64,000 bases of DNA from positions 551,127 to 615,126 of the forward strand of contig OZ242278.1 in assembly GCA_965207475.1 (NCBI GenBank), written 5' to 3'. The DNA comes from Gammaproteobacteria bacterium (GTDB lineage Bacteria > Pseudomonadota > Gammaproteobacteria > UBA4575). Each line of letters opens with the position of its first letter. Positions within the stretch are counted from its first letter, which is position 1. The notes under the pieces are model-generated. The model ran no database searches. It was not told the origin of the DNA and was given only the letters and a program-made list of their open reading frames with translations. The translations under genes were made by a program, and so were the position numbers. Shown here in pieces: positions 11,148 through 22,272 of this stretch.

Positions 11148-12607
11148 CAGCTTGTCGTGCCGCCTACCGTGAGGCCATCAATGCGTAACGTGGGCTGCCC
11201 CACTCCCACCGGCACGCTTTGCCCTTCTTTTCCGCACGTGCCGACACCCGAGTCCAGCTGTAAATCATTCCCGACCATGCTGACGCGCGTCAGTACATTT
11301 GGACCATCACCGATCAGTGTCGCCCCCTTGACCGGCCTGGTAACCTTTCCTTTCTCTATCAGGTATGCTTCCGAGGCGGAAAATACAAACTTTCCGGAGG
11401 TGATATCCACCTGTCCGCCTCCAAAATTCACGGCATAGAATCCGGAATCCACCGAGCTGATAATTTCACCTGGATCGTACTCTCCAGCAAGCATGTAGGT
11501 ATTCGTCATGCGCGGCATGGGCAAATGGGCATAGGATTCACGCCTGCCGTTCCCGGTCGAATCCGTGTTGGATAATCTCGCATTCAGCTTGTCCTGCATA
11601 AAATTCTTGAGCACTCCATCTTCAATCAGTACGGTACATTGGGTGGCGGTTCCCTCATCGTCGATGTTCAGTGAACCTCGACGGTTCGACAGCGTGCCGT
11701 CATCCACGACCGTCACACCCTCGTTGGCAACACGCTCTCCAATCCGGCCGCTGAACGCAGAGGTCCCCTTATAGGTAAAGTCCCCCTCCAGCCCATGGCC
11801 GACCGCTTCATGCAGCAGCACGCCTGGCCATCCGGGTCCCAGCACTACGTTCATCGTGCCGGCAGGTGCATCCACCGCTTCCAGGTTCAGCAGTGCCATG
11901 CGCACTGCTTCGTGCACGTAAGATTGTGCCCGGTCTTCCTGGGCAAAGTATTCGTAGCCGAATCGACCGCCGCCGCCCGCACTGCCCTGCTCGATACGGC
12001 CGGAATGCTCCGCGATGACGGAAACATTCAGTCTCACCAGAGGACGCACATCTGCTGCGATCTGGCCCTCACTGCTTGCCACCAGTACCAGTTCATGTGT
12101 ACCCGCCAAAGACACCATCACCTGCTTTATGCGCGGATCCTGCTTGCGTGCAAGACTGTCCAGGTTTCGCAACATGTCCACTTTTTCCGTCTCGCTCAGG
12201 GAATCAAGGGGGTTGTAGGGCATGTAAAGATTATTGCCCGTGAAGGTTTTCCACCCTTGTTGTACGGACCCGCTCTTTCCACCTCTGGCAATTGCGCGGG
12301 CCGTCTTGCAGGACTCCAGCAAGGCAGGCAGTACAATTTCATCCGAATAGGCAAATCCGCTTTTTTCGCCTTTTATGGCCCGGATACCGGCTCCCTGGCT
12401 CAGGCTGTAACTTGCATCCTTGACGATCCCGTCCTCAAGCGACCAGGCTTCCTGCTTCCTCAACTGGAAATAGATGTCCCCGGCGTCTGCCGATGAGTCC
12501 AGCAACACCGAAAAGGCCCTGGTCAAGTGTGCATCATCCAGGCCAGAGGGTGTCAGAATGGTCTGTCTGGCCACGTCGAGAGGATTTTCCATACTATCTG
12601 AATTCAT
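11147..12607 (-). CDS. tldD: metalloprotease TldD
   Basis: 486 aa; contains the [12 protein letters not shown] zinc-binding motif diagnostic of TldD. Confidence 0.9.
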   Translation of the reverse strand: MNSDSMENPLDVARQTILTPSGLDDAHLTRAFSVLLDSSADAGDIYFQLRKQEAWSLEDGIVKDASYSLSQGAGIRAIKGEKSGFAYSDEIVLPALLESCKTARAIARGGKSGSVQQGWKTFTGNNLYMPYNPLDSLSETEKVDMLRNLDSLARKQDPRIKQVMVSLAGTHELVLVASSEGQIAADVRPLVRLNVSVIAEHSGRIEQGSAGGGGRFGYEYFAQEDRAQSYVHEAVRMALLNLEAVDAPAGTMNVVLGPGWPGVLLHEAVGHGLEGDFTYKGTSAFSGRIGERVANEGVTVVDDGTLSNRRGSLNIDDEGTATQCTVLIEDGVLKNFMQDKLNARLSNTDSTGNGRRESYAHLPMPRMTNTYMLAGEYDPGEIISSVDSGFYAVNFGGGQVDITSGKFVFSASEAYLIEKGKVTRPVKGATLIGDGPNVLTRVSMVGNDLQLDSGVGTCGKEGQSVPVGVGQPTLRIDGLTVGGTTS

Positions 12608-12619
12608 TTTGCTCGCACC

Positions 12620-13435
12620 TCATTTCAGTCGGCGATGGTGTATACAGGGAAAGGTTTTTCGAAGGGACTCCAGGTAATCCAGGTCAATTTTACCCAGTGC
12701 CATGCCCGCACCATGCCTGACACGATCCAGCACCCTGCCCCAAGGGTCTACAATCATGCTGTCTCCATACGTGGCACGCCCATTGATGTGGTAACCTCCC
12801 TGAGCAGATGCTATCACATACATGACATTTTCGATTGCTCGCGCCCGAATCAAGCTCTCCCAGTGTGCCTGACCGGTTACGGCAGTGAATGCTGCCGGCA
12901 GAACCGTGATCTGGACACCCGTATCGAGCATATTTCTGAAGAGTTCGGGGAAACGAAGGTCATAGCAGACTGCCAGTCCAATCTTGCCGAACGGCGAATC
13001 CACAACCCGAACCCCCGTCTCGCCGAATTCAATCGTTTCGGACTCGATATAGCTTTCATCCGCATCCACAAGGTTCACGTCAAACAGATGAATCTTGTCG
13101 TAGCGTGCAACGCAGGCTCCCTGATCATCATACACCAGGCAGGCGGCATAGATTTTCTGCGGATCCGGACATTCAATTGGCACCGTGCCCCCCACAATCC
13201 ATATTTTGTGAAGCCTGGACTGCTGGGCGAGAAAGTTCTGGATAACCCCTTCGCCTTGCGGTTCACGGACAGCCACCTTATCCTGCTCGCGCAGCCCCAT
13301 GATGGCAAAGTTTTCAGGCAAGACGACCAGGCTCGCACCGGCTTTTGCAGCCTGCTTGATCAAACGTCCCGTCTCGTGCAGGTTGGCCTCGACATTGGGG
13401 CCGGAGGCCATCTGTATCGCGGCAGCTTTGAACAT
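12620..13435 (-). CDS. carbon-nitrogen hydrolase family protein (nitrilase/omega-amidase-like)
   Basis: 271 aa; LVVLPE catalytic Glu region and AVCYDLRFPE Cys region of CN hydrolases; synteny with yhdP and tldD as in Pseudomonas. Confidence 0.8.
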   Translation of the reverse strand: MFKAAAIQMASGPNVEANLHETGRLIKQAAKAGASLVVLPENFAIMGLREQDKVAVREPQGEGVIQNFLAQQSRLHKIWIVGGTVPIECPDPQKIYAACLVYDDQGACVARYDKIHLFDVNLVDADESYIESETIEFGETGVRVVDSPFGKIGLAVCYDLRFPELFRNMLDTGVQITVLPAAFTAVTGQAHWESLIRARAIENVMYVIASAQGGYHINGRATYGDSMIVDPWGRVLDRVRHGAGMALGKIDLDYLESLRKTFPCIHHRRLK

Positions 13436-13536
13436 CTACAGTACCAAAATCTTGAATGATGCCCGTTCAGGCAGTTGCCTGGTACACACCAGGACAGGGT
13501 TGCCTGGATGAGCGAGCCCGACTCCCTGAAGGCTGT

Positions 13537-16500
13537 CTACGGAAACTCTTCATCCGGTTCATTCCCCGATTCATTCTCGGGGTCACCCTTCGAAGCCTGT
13601 GTGGCAGGCCCCGCCTCGGCAGCCTTCCCCGCAACCGGCTCGATCTTCGGGTCGTCCCAGCTGCCGGTCATGTGATAAGTCACCTCGACCACCCTGTCTA
13701 CTGCCTTATCCACATGAATTCCTATCTTTTCAGCAATTTTCCCCAAGATGTAGATTCCACCTACTCCAGCCGGTCCCATTGGAATTCCCAGCCAGGGCAG
13801 GCCTCCACTGACATGAGGCGTGACGGTAACCAGCTGATCATAGTCCCTGGCCACAATTCCCGTACGCCCCTCAATTTCTATATTCGCGGAGGGACCCTTG
13901 ATGCGCAGGTCCTCGGTGGTCAGATTGCCGTCCCTGAAGGCCAGGTTGCCGCGAATCTTATCAAACGCATAGCCCTCGGAGAAGAAGTCGGAAAAGTCCA
14001 GGGCAAGCCTCCTGGAAATTACGCTGATATTCAGCAAACCAATCAAACGGCCGGCTCCCGGCTCAACCGATACGATCTCTCCGTCCTTCAGCCTGATACT
14101 GGATGAGCCGGCAAAGGAGTCAAGGGAAAACTGGTACGGCGCCCCTTCCCAGTGAAAGCTGGACGACAAAACCCCTTCCCCTTTTTCGACTCCCGTTTCA
14201 AACCCCAGTCCGACCAGTGAATCACGCAAATCCTCCGTGACCATTACAATGTCAAACTTGGAAGTCTGGACCTCTTCCGGACCTGTCCTCCATGCTCCGC
14301 TGGCTGTGATCTCCAAGCTACTCCCTTCTGCGGAAACGGAATCAACCACCATCCCCTCCGGAGACGGAGAGGTTTTTAATGCAACGTTATAAACGGGAAG
14401 ATCACCAATCTCGAACTTCGTGGCTGCAATGTCCAGTGCCGGAAGGTTTCTGGGGTCTACCGAAAAACTGAGGGCCTCATCAGGCTTGTCGTATCGAAAA
14501 TGTTCAAAACTTGCGGTGAGAACGCTGTCCGCCTGCGGCGACAACGGATACTGGAAGTCACCACTTATGTTCGATGAGCGGATTTTTCCGTTCCAGAACT
14601 GAGTATCCTTCTCCATGCTGAATCTTGCATTTTGCGTGGCAAGACCAAATGCCGAGATTTCATCGGCCTGGATGTCAATTGAATCAAGCCCCAGGGAGTT
14701 TTGACCGTCACCGGACTGAAGTATCTCCAGCCACTCGGTGATGTCCAGCAAATCAAATTTCCCGGTAACCTTCACCCCCCGGTCAGGCAGCTCGAACCGG
14801 TCATTTTCGGTCCTGACTTCCAGGGCGGAAATCTGTGCGCCGGCTGGGTCCGGCAGGGCTTGTATGTAGATGCTGTCTTCAAAACGGACGGATAGTGGAT
14901 GAGAGGCTCCGTCCTGATGCCGGGTATGCATCACAAACGCCGAGGATGAATCCTGTTCCTTGGCAAAAGGCTCTGGCAAGGTAATGGACACGCCCGCCAG
15001 ATCACTCTCTATACGAATCTCCACTGACTCGTCCTTACCAAGATTTCCAAATTGCGGCAAGACAAAGGTTGCAGAGACGGGGGTCTTCCCGCGCAGGTAT
15101 TCAGATGCCCTGGACTGGTTTGCAGTCATCCATCTGTCCAGGTCGAGCGCACCGGCGAGCTGCACGCGGGTGCGTCCATTTTCCAGCAGTGCCGCTTCGA
15201 CATCAAACTCAGAACCAAACAGCTTGGCACGTACCCCCGTACCCTCCGCACCCTGTTTGGTAAACTTCAACTTGCCATGCACGCCAGTAAAGGGAAGCGA
15301 GGCCTTGCGCAGGACAAGATCTGCACCCTTGAACTCGATCAGTCCGTCCACGTGCCTTTCCTTTTCCAGCTTTCGTGTGAGTGTCCATGCAATATTCAGG
15401 TTCAGGCCCACCTCCCCATCGGCCGAGATATGACCGGGGATTTGGCTGTCCTGCGGAATCAGTGCAGACTGCTCAAGAAAAACCAGGGTGTCGCTGGCAG
15501 GCCCGCTGCCACGGCCATGGATCGTCAACCGGGGTAACCGGACGTCTTCGATCGAAGTCGTAAAGGCATGAATCCTGGAATCCAGAACCCGGGCTTCGGT
15601 GCCCTGGACGTGAAACTCGCCATTGTTGACTTCCACGTCTGCAGCGATATTCCGAATCATCGGCCAGTTTTTACGGTATTCAAGCAGTCCCTCCTCCACC
15701 TCGGCCTGCAGTTCGAACCTTCCGGAACGGCCGTCAAAGGGAAATCGCCCGGCATCACCGTTGAACAGGAACCTGGCATGGCTCAACGTACCCTGCTTGA
15801 TTGCCTCACGTAACCAGCGGACAAGCTTCTGGTTCATCCTTTTATGCGGTAACCAGTCCTTCAGGGCCGAAAGACTGGCCCGCGCCACTTCGCCCTGAAG
15901 ATCGGCATAGGATTTGCCAGGTTCAATCTGGACAATGCCCTGCAAGCTCGCGTCCACTTCTTCGGCAGCCAGCGATACCCTTTCCAGCGCAAGCACGACC
16001 CTCTCGCCCGAAAGCTTCCACTTGACCAGTCCTGTAATCTGCTGGCTCGGGAAGGTATTTTCTGCCAGCTGGCGAGCCTTGACTTCCACTGCAGGCGAGT
16101 CGATTTCAAGACTGCCCTGCAGGTGATTGCCGGTCACCCGGCCAGACAGGGATGATACCTCCAGTTCGTATTCCGGAACGGTCATGCCCAGGCCATCCAG
16201 TGCGGCCTCGTACGCATATTTTGCCAGGTGCTCTTCCTGCCAGAGCGCCGAGAATCTTATGTCACGGATCTCTCCCTCAGGATGCACGTTGCGCACCCAC
16301 CCCGAAAGGCGCTCAGAAAACGGCGAGAAATTTTCCAGTGTCTCGAGCATGTCGGCCAGGTTGACATAATCCAGGGCCGCCGTGACCTCCGGATGTGCGG
16401 TTTCACAATCCCTGCACCTGATTTCATATTTTCCACCCGCCCACTTGCCTTCTGCTGTCCTGATATCGCTGTCAACCAGAGCAAGGTGCCAGCTGCTTGC

Positions 16501-17433
16501 CGATCCACTCAACTGAAAAACCGTTTCCAGCGCCATGATTTCATGTCCGGAATACCGGGCCGGATCTTCCGCATTGCGAAACCCGAGATCAAGAAGAGCC
16601 AGGCTTCCCCGGAATGACCGGTCGTCCCGGGAATTGATGTTGCCCCAGATCTCGAAATCCGCATGACCGGAATGAATCCCGGCAGAAAACCTCGGGAAAA
16701 ATCGCCCCAATAGCCCGATAGTGATACGGTCACCTTTCGCGTACAGCGTACCCCGGACACCGTCCAGCCCCTGTTCCAGGCCTTCCATGTCAGCGGCCAG
16801 TGCGAGGGCAGTTCCCTGTGCATCCGGCAAATGCAAACTGGAAGCCACTCTCAATTTGCCCCCATTGAAATCGAAGACAACATTCGAGCGCTCGGCACGG
16901 AAGTCGAGATCCAGCACTTCATCCCTGTAATCGATGGAGGTATCCACCAGTTTGACGCGAAAACCACCGGCTTCATCAACGCCGGTCCTTGCAGAAATCC
17001 TTTCGCTGATATCGATACCGTTCATGACGATTCGCTGGTCATCCGTCCGCAGGATTTCGAGATTGCCACCATCCAGCTGCAGTTCCGCGACGGCAATTTC
17101 CCCGTCTTTCAGGCTCTGGAACAGGTCGACCGAGACCACCGCCTTTTCTGCAAGCAGCAACTGTTCCTGACCTGAACCGTCAGTGTCAACGGACAAGCCA
17201 TGGACCGTGACCTGTGGATCATAGCCGTGCCATTCGACATGTACCGTCTCGATGCGAACCGGCTTGCCCACCAGGGATGAAATGCTTTTCTGGATGGCCG
17301 GAAGATAATCCTGGTATAGGGACGGATACAAGCGGACGATGCTGCTTGCAACGGCTGCCAGTACCAGGATACCTGCAAGCGTGTACTCACTTGCAAACAG
17401 CAGCCTGCGCCATATTGGAAGATTCGCCTTCAC
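13537..17433 (-). CDS. yhdP: AsmA-family inner membrane protein YhdP (DUF3971/TamB-like)
   Basis: 1298 aa with an N-terminal TM anchor; size and rng-yhdP-tldD synteny match E. coli YhdP; 4-nt ATGA overlap with rng. Confidence 0.85.
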   Translation of the reverse strand: MKANLPIWRRLLFASEYTLAGILVLAAVASSIVRLYPSLYQDYLPAIQKSISSLVGKPVRIETVHVEWHGYDPQVTVHGLSVDTDGSGQEQLLLAEKAVVSVDLFQSLKDGEIAVAELQLDGGNLEILRTDDQRIVMNGIDISERISARTGVDEAGGFRVKLVDTSIDYRDEVLDLDFRAERSNVVFDFNGGKLRVASSLHLPDAQGTALALAADMEGLEQGLDGVRGTLYAKGDRITIGLLGRFFPRFSAGIHSGHADFEIWGNINSRDDRSFRGSLALLDLGFRNAEDPARYSGHEIMALETVFQLSGSASSWHLALVDSDIRTAEGKWAGGKYEIRCRDCETAHPEVTAALDYVNLADMLETLENFSPFSERLSGWVRNVHPEGEIRDIRFSALWQEEHLAKYAYEAALDGLGMTVPEYELEVSSLSGRVTGNHLQGSLEIDSPAVEVKARQLAENTFPSQQITGLVKWKLSGERVVLALERVSLAAEEVDASLQGIVQIEPGKSYADLQGEVARASLSALKDWLPHKRMNQKLVRWLREAIKQGTLSHARFLFNGDAGRFPFDGRSGRFELQAEVEEGLLEYRKNWPMIRNIAADVEVNNGEFHVQGTEARVLDSRIHAFTTSIEDVRLPRLTIHGRGSGPASDTLVFLEQSALIPQDSQIPGHISADGEVGLNLNIAWTLTRKLEKERHVDGLIEFKGADLVLRKASLPFTGVHGKLKFTKQGAEGTGVRAKLFGSEFDVEAALLENGRTRVQLAGALDLDRWMTANQSRASEYLRGKTPVSATFVLPQFGNLGKDESVEIRIESDLAGVSITLPEPFAKEQDSSSAFVMHTRHQDGASHPLSVRFEDSIYIQALPDPAGAQISALEVRTENDRFELPDRGVKVTGKFDLLDITEWLEILQSGDGQNSLGLDSIDIQADEISAFGLATQNARFSMEKDTQFWNGKIRSSNISGDFQYPLSPQADSVLTASFEHFRYDKPDEALSFSVDPRNLPALDIAATKFEIGDLPVYNVALKTSPSPEGMVVDSVSAEGSSLEITASGAWRTGPEEVQTSKFDIVMVTEDLRDSLVGLGFETGVEKGEGVLSSSFHWEGAPYQFSLDSFAGSSSIRLKDGEIVSVEPGAGRLIGLLNISVISRRLALDFSDFFSEGYAFDKIRGNLAFRDGNLTTEDLRIKGPSANIEIEGRTGIVARDYDQLVTVTPHVSGGLPWLGIPMGPAGVGGIYILGKIAEKIGIHVDKAVDRVVEVTYHMTGSWDDPKIEPVAGKAAEAGPATQASKGDPENESGNEPDEEFP

Positions 17434-18941
17434 AGGGGTACTACATCAAACTGTTCCTGCGAATACAGGGACTCAACCTGAAGCTTTATCGTTTTGCCGA
17501 TATAGTCCTCCAGTTCAGCCAGGCTGGTAGACTCCTGGTCCAGCAGCAGGTCCACCACAGGCTGTGACGCAAGTACCAGCAGTTCATTCGTCTCATACTG
17601 GAGCGCTTCGCGCAGGATCTCGCGAAACAGCTCAAAGCACACCGTTTCAGCGGTCTTGATATAACCGCGACCGGCGCAGGAAAAGCAGGGCTCGCACAAG
17701 ACGTGCTGCAGGCTCTCCCGAGTGCGCTTGCGCGTCATTTCAACCAGTCCCAAAGGCGATACCTCACAGACCTGGCTCCTGGCGCGATCCTTGGCCAGCG
17801 ACTTCTCAAAGATACGCAGGACCTGGCGCTTGTGCTCCTCGTCTTCCATGTCTATGAAATCAATGATAATGATGCCGCCCAGATTGCGCAGTCGAAGCTG
17901 CCGGGCAATGGCCTGGGCCGCTTCCAGATTGGTTTTGTATATGGTCTCTTCAAGGTTCCGATGGCCCACGAAACCTCCAGTATTGACATCGATGGTCGTC
18001 ATCGCCTCAGTCTGATCAAAAATGAGGTGGCCTCCTGATTTAAGGGTCACTTTCCTTTGCAGGGACTTTTGCAGCTCGTCTTCTATCGAGTACAGGTCAA
18101 ACAGGGGACGGTTTTCCGAATAATGCGTGATGCGATCGGCAATTTCAGGGACAAGCCTTTGGGAAAATTCCTTCACGGCCTCATAAGTGAACCGCGAATC
18201 AATTCTGATAATCCCGACATCCTCGATAGACAGGTCACGCAACGCCCGGACTGCCAGGGGCAAATCGGAATACACCTGGTCCACGGAGGACACGCGAATG
18301 ACTTTTTCCACGATCGTTTCCCAGAGATTCAGCAGAAACTTCAAATCCCTTTTCAGGTCATCCTCGTCCACGCCTTCCGCAGCGGTTCTCAAAATACATC
18401 CGCAGTCGGCATTCGATGTGTCAAGCAGGCTTTTGGCAAGCTCAGTCAGGCGAGTCCTTTCCTCCTGGTCTTCAATGCGTGCAGACAACCGGACATCGTT
18501 CGAATAAGGCAGCAGCACCATGTAACGGGAGGGCACGGTGATGCTGGTCGTAAGACGCGCTCCCTTGGTGCCCAGCTGGTCCTTCACGACCTGAACGAGC
18601 AGCTGCTGCCCTTCGTGCAGCAAATTCGTGATGGACTCGCCATGAGACTGTGCGCTCCCCTCGTCAGGGCTTTGCCCACTTGATTCGACCTGCCTGGTTC
18701 GGGAACTTTTCGGCAAATACGCGACATCGGAACTGTGAATAAATGCAGCCTTGGGCAGTCCTATGTCCACGAATGCCGCGTCCATGCCGGGCATGACCTT
18801 GCTCACGCAGCCCTTGAAGATATTACCCACCAGGCCCTGCTTGCCAACACGCTCAATCTGTACTTCCTGCAGCATGCCGTTTTCAACAATCGCTACCCGG
18901 GTTTCCCGGGGTGTGACATTGATCAGGATTTCTTCACTCAC
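17430..18941 (-). CDS. rng: ribonuclease G (RNase E/G family)
   Basis: 503 aa; S1 domain N-terminus (LINVTPRETRVAIVENGMLQEVQIER) and RNase E/G catalytic core; upstream of yhdP. Confidence 0.92.
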   Translation of the reverse strand: MSEEILINVTPRETRVAIVENGMLQEVQIERVGKQGLVGNIFKGCVSKVMPGMDAAFVDIGLPKAAFIHSSDVAYLPKSSRTRQVESSGQSPDEGSAQSHGESITNLLHEGQQLLVQVVKDQLGTKGARLTTSITVPSRYMVLLPYSNDVRLSARIEDQEERTRLTELAKSLLDTSNADCGCILRTAAEGVDEDDLKRDLKFLLNLWETIVEKVIRVSSVDQVYSDLPLAVRALRDLSIEDVGIIRIDSRFTYEAVKEFSQRLVPEIADRITHYSENRPLFDLYSIEDELQKSLQRKVTLKSGGHLIFDQTEAMTTIDVNTGGFVGHRNLEETIYKTNLEAAQAIARQLRLRNLGGIIIIDFIDMEDEEHKRQVLRIFEKSLAKDRARSQVCEVSPLGLVEMTRKRTRESLQHVLCEPCFSCAGRGYIKTAETVCFELFREILREALQYETNELLVLASQPVVDLLLDQESTSLAELEDYIGKTIKLQVESLYSQEQFDVVPL

Positions 18942-19088
18942 TGTTTCATCCCCATCGCCTCATGCATGCAGGCCAAACACCTGTCCCGGCATGGACAGGC
19001 AACGGCACGCGGTGTCGAGATGCAGGAACGTCCTGCCTGTACCGATACACTGGACACCCCTGTTAGCCACCCGGCCCGATACTCCCTG

Positions 19089-19814
19089 CTATGCAACGGT
19101 AGCCTGGCGATACAGGCCATGACTGCGGATATAGTTCCAAACCGTACCGGGCAGCAGATACCTGGGTTGGCCACCTCCTGCTATGCACTGGCGTATCGCC
19201 GCGGATGAAATCTCGATTTCCTTTTCAGCACTGAAAAATATATTCCCGCAAGGTGCCTGATGAAGCACTGAAATCTCGTTCGTGCCATGCTGCGAAAGCA
19301 GTTCACGCTCACAGCCCGTGTCTTCCAGCGCATAACCGGGACGCCGCAACAGCATGATATGACAAATGGACAGGATTTGATCGTATTCATGCCAGGTGCA
19401 AAACTGCAGGAAAGCATCCAGGCCCAGGATCAGCACCAGCGCACAGTCCGTGCCGGCTTCCCCGCGAATTTCCCTCAGGGTATCCACCGTGTAAGAGGGT
19501 CCTGGCCTTCGCAGCTCCCGATCATCCACCACCAGCCCGGGGGTTGACCCCGCTATGAGGTTCAGCATATGCAGCCGGTGCTGCGCACCGGCGTGAGTCG
19601 CCTGCTTGTGCGGGGGCTCCCGGCAGGGCAAAAACCGGATTTCCTCAAAATCAAACTTCTGCAACAAGGCGGATACCAGCGTGATATGCCCGAAATGGAC
19701 CGGGTCAAACGTACCGCCAAATATGCCTAACACACCCCTATCCCGACCAGCCAGGGAAGCCGGAGCGCCCGAACAAATTCGGGTCCGAGAGCCCGCGCGG
19801 CACAAGGCAGGCAT
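19089..19814 (-). CDS. nadD: nicotinate-nucleotide adenylyltransferase
   Basis: LGIFGGTFDPVHFGH (H/T)xGH motif. The track ORF starts 2 nt after the proA stop, but its A/R/G-rich N-terminal 27 aa are probably not translated. The likely true start is a GTG at ~19733 (VLGIFGG), with GGGA 8 nt upstream, giving a ~214-aa protein. Confidence 0.85.
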   Translation of the reverse strand: MPALCRAGSRTRICSGAPASLAGRDRGVLGIFGGTFDPVHFGHITLVSALLQKFDFEEIRFLPCREPPHKQATHAGAQHRLHMLNLIAGSTPGLVVDDRELRRPGPSYTVDTLREIRGEAGTDCALVLILGLDAFLQFCTWHEYDQILSICHIMLLRRPGYALEDTGCERELLSQHGTNEISVLHQAPCGNIFFSAEKEIEISSAAIRQCIAGGGQPRYLLPGTVWNYIRSHGLYRQATVA

Positions 19815-19816
19815 AT

Positions 19817-21097
19817 CTACTCACGAATATTCCCATTACCCAGCACGATGAACTTCTCGCTGGTCAGGCCCTCCAGGCCTACCGGTCCCCTTGCATGCAG
19901 CTTGTCCGTGCTGATGCCTATCTCTGCTCCCAGTCCATATTCGAACCCGTCTGCAAATCGTGTGGAAGCATTCACCATGACTGAGCTTGAGTCTACGCAA
20001 CGCAAAAACTGCTGTGCAGCGGTGTCATTGTCAGTGACGATGGCATCCGTATGGTGGGAACCGTAGGTCCGGATGTGTTCCACGGCCTGGGAGATGCCCC
20101 CAACAATCCGCACAGCAAGCACCGGGGCCAGGTACTCTTCATGCCAGTCCTGCTCTGTGGCCGGTGCGATACCTGGCAGCAGGGAGCAGGTTTCGGTGCA
20201 GCCCCGCAGCTCCACCGCCTTGAGTTCCAGGCGCTGCCTGATCTCAGGCAGGACGCTTTCTGCAATGGCGCGATCCACCAGCAGGGTTTCCATGGCATTG
20301 CATACACCGAACCGCTGGGCCTTGGCGTTGACTGCAATCTCGACCGCCATGGTCGTATTGGCGTCTTCGTGGATATAGACATGACACACGCCATCCAGGT
20401 GCTTGAGCAGCGGGATCTGCGATTCCCGGCTGATTCGCTCTATCAGCCCCTTGCCTCCCCGGGGAATCACCAGATCGATATGCCGCCTGCTTTGCAGCAG
20501 TTTTCCGACGGCACCCCGGTCAGTGGTATTGATCATCTGAACGATATCCCAGGAAAGGCCCGCCTGCTCAAGGCCGGCATGAATGCATGCAGCGATTGCC
20601 CGATTGGAATGAAGCGCTTCCGAGCCGCCACGCAGGATGGTCGCATTGCCAGACTTGATACACAGGGCCGCTGCGTCCGCGGTAACATTGGGACGTGACT
20701 CGTATATGATCAGTATCACACCGATCGCAACACGCATCTTGCCCACCCTGATACCGCTCGGGCGCATTTCCAGGGGCGTAGTCTGCCCGACCGGGTCCGG
20801 CAACCGGGCAACCTGCTCGACCCCGTTAGCCATGGCCTGGATTCGATTGTCGTTCAACTCCAGACGGTCCAGCAAGGCAGCATTCAGACCACGGTCTTTC
20901 CCTTCCTTCAAGTCACGCGAATTCTCTTTCCTGAGCAGGTTGCCCGAAGCAAGTATCTGTTCGGCAACGTTTTTCAGTGCCAGATTCTTGGTGTCCGTTT
21001 CAGCACGGCCTATCTCGCTTTTTGCAGAGGCCGCGCCACGGGTCACCTCTGCGATGTAACGCTCGATTGACCCGTTCTGGTCTTCAGTTTTGTTCAT
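19817..21097 (-). CDS. proA: glutamate-5-semialdehyde dehydrogenase (gamma-glutamyl phosphate reductase)
   Basis: 426 aa aldehyde dehydrogenase-family protein with the ProA C-terminus [22 protein letters not shown]. Confidence 0.95.
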   Translation of the reverse strand: MNKTEDQNGSIERYIAEVTRGAASAKSEIGRAETDTKNLALKNVAEQILASGNLLRKENSRDLKEGKDRGLNAALLDRLELNDNRIQAMANGVEQVARLPDPVGQTTPLEMRPSGIRVGKMRVAIGVILIIYESRPNVTADAAALCIKSGNATILRGGSEALHSNRAIAACIHAGLEQAGLSWDIVQMINTTDRGAVGKLLQSRRHIDLVIPRGGKGLIERISRESQIPLLKHLDGVCHVYIHEDANTTMAVEIAVNAKAQRFGVCNAMETLLVDRAIAESVLPEIRQRLELKAVELRGCTETCSLLPGIAPATEQDWHEEYLAPVLAVRIVGGISQAVEHIRTYGSHHTDAIVTDNDTAAQQFLRCVDSSSVMVNASTRFADGFEYGLGAEIGISTDKLHARGPVGLEGLTSEKFIVLGNGNIRE

Positions 21098-21148
21098 AAT
21101 GCCTGGAATGTTTTCAGGTCGTGCAAAGGCATCTGGGAAATGGTCAAG

Positions 21149-22153
21149 CTACCCTGCCAGTTGTATGGCAAGCCCCAATTGTACCAGTTCACGCCAAGGA
21201 TTACCGTGAGCCTGACCCTTGATCACCTGATCCACCCATGCACACTGCCTTAACAGGAATGAGGGCTCCTGACCATGGGTGGATGCGGGCAGGCTGACAT
21301 GCAGGAGGCTGGTGCGGGTGACACCTGTCAGCCGGTCTGAGCCGCCAGGATTCCGGTGGTCTCTTGCCTCGCCTCGACGGCCGGCCAGCATCCTGACCCG
21401 CTCAGCCATTGCCCACAGCACCAGGGGAGGCTGGACGTCTTCCTTTTCGAGTCCGCGCAGGATCCGGATGCATCGCAAATGATCCCTGGTGGAAAGCGTG
21501 TCATTGAGTTCCTTCAGGGAATAATGGCTGCTATCCGTCAACACCCTGCTGACGGATTCGAGAGTCAGTTCTCTCGAATCACTCACGAGAACGATTTTCT
21601 CGAGTTCCTGTACGCCTGCAACCAGATTTCCCTCCACATGCTGTGCGATCAGCGCAACGACTTCATTGCCCGCGGCAAATCCCTCTTTCCTCAGCTTCTG
21701 CCGGACCCAGTTTTCAGTTTCCCGGTAATTCAGGGGCCATACACGCACGATGACGCCTGCCTTGTCCACGGCCTTCACCCACGCAGAACCCATCGCACTG
21801 CGGTCCAGCCTGGGCGCCTGGATCAGGAGCGCCACGTCCGGATGCAGGCCTTGCAGGAAACCTGCTATCGCTTTTGAGCCGCTTGCTCCGGGTTTTCCCC
21901 CGGGAATCCGCAGGTCCACGAGAGTCCGCTCACCGAACAGGGACCTGTCATGTCTTGCGGCATCCAGCCTGGACCAGTCAAACCCGGGTTCGGAGGTCAG
22001 GATTTTCCTGTCCGTAAATCCCGTGCCGGACAAGCGTTTCCGGTACATGTCTGCCGCAAGCATATGCTGGTAGGGCTCATCTCCCGAAACAAGAAATACC
22101 CGGCACTCTGACCGGTTCAGGACGTCTTTCAGTTGAGAAAAGCGTATTTGCAT
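21149..22153 (-). CDS. holA: DNA polymerase III subunit delta
   Basis: 334 aa; HolA family; in E. coli the order is lptE-holA-nadD, mirrored here. Confidence 0.85.
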   Translation of the reverse strand: MQIRFSQLKDVLNRSECRVFLVSGDEPYQHMLAADMYRKRLSGTGFTDRKILTSEPGFDWSRLDAARHDRSLFGERTLVDLRIPGGKPGASGSKAIAGFLQGLHPDVALLIQAPRLDRSAMGSAWVKAVDKAGVIVRVWPLNYRETENWVRQKLRKEGFAAGNEVVALIAQHVEGNLVAGVQELEKIVLVSDSRELTLESVSRVLTDSSHYSLKELNDTLSTRDHLRCIRILRGLEKEDVQPPLVLWAMAERVRMLAGRRGEARDHRNPGGSDRLTGVTRTSLLHVSLPASTHGQEPSFLLRQCAWVDQVIKGQAHGNPWRELVQLGLAIQLAG

Positions 22154-22272
22154 GCAGGGAGCCCCGGAAACTGGACGAAAGCCCAGACCCGGCTCAGAAG
22201 TTACAGGAAAGCGGATAAACAGTAAAATACTCTGTTAAGCTCTGCCACCATCAGACTTGCAGTATCGCACAT

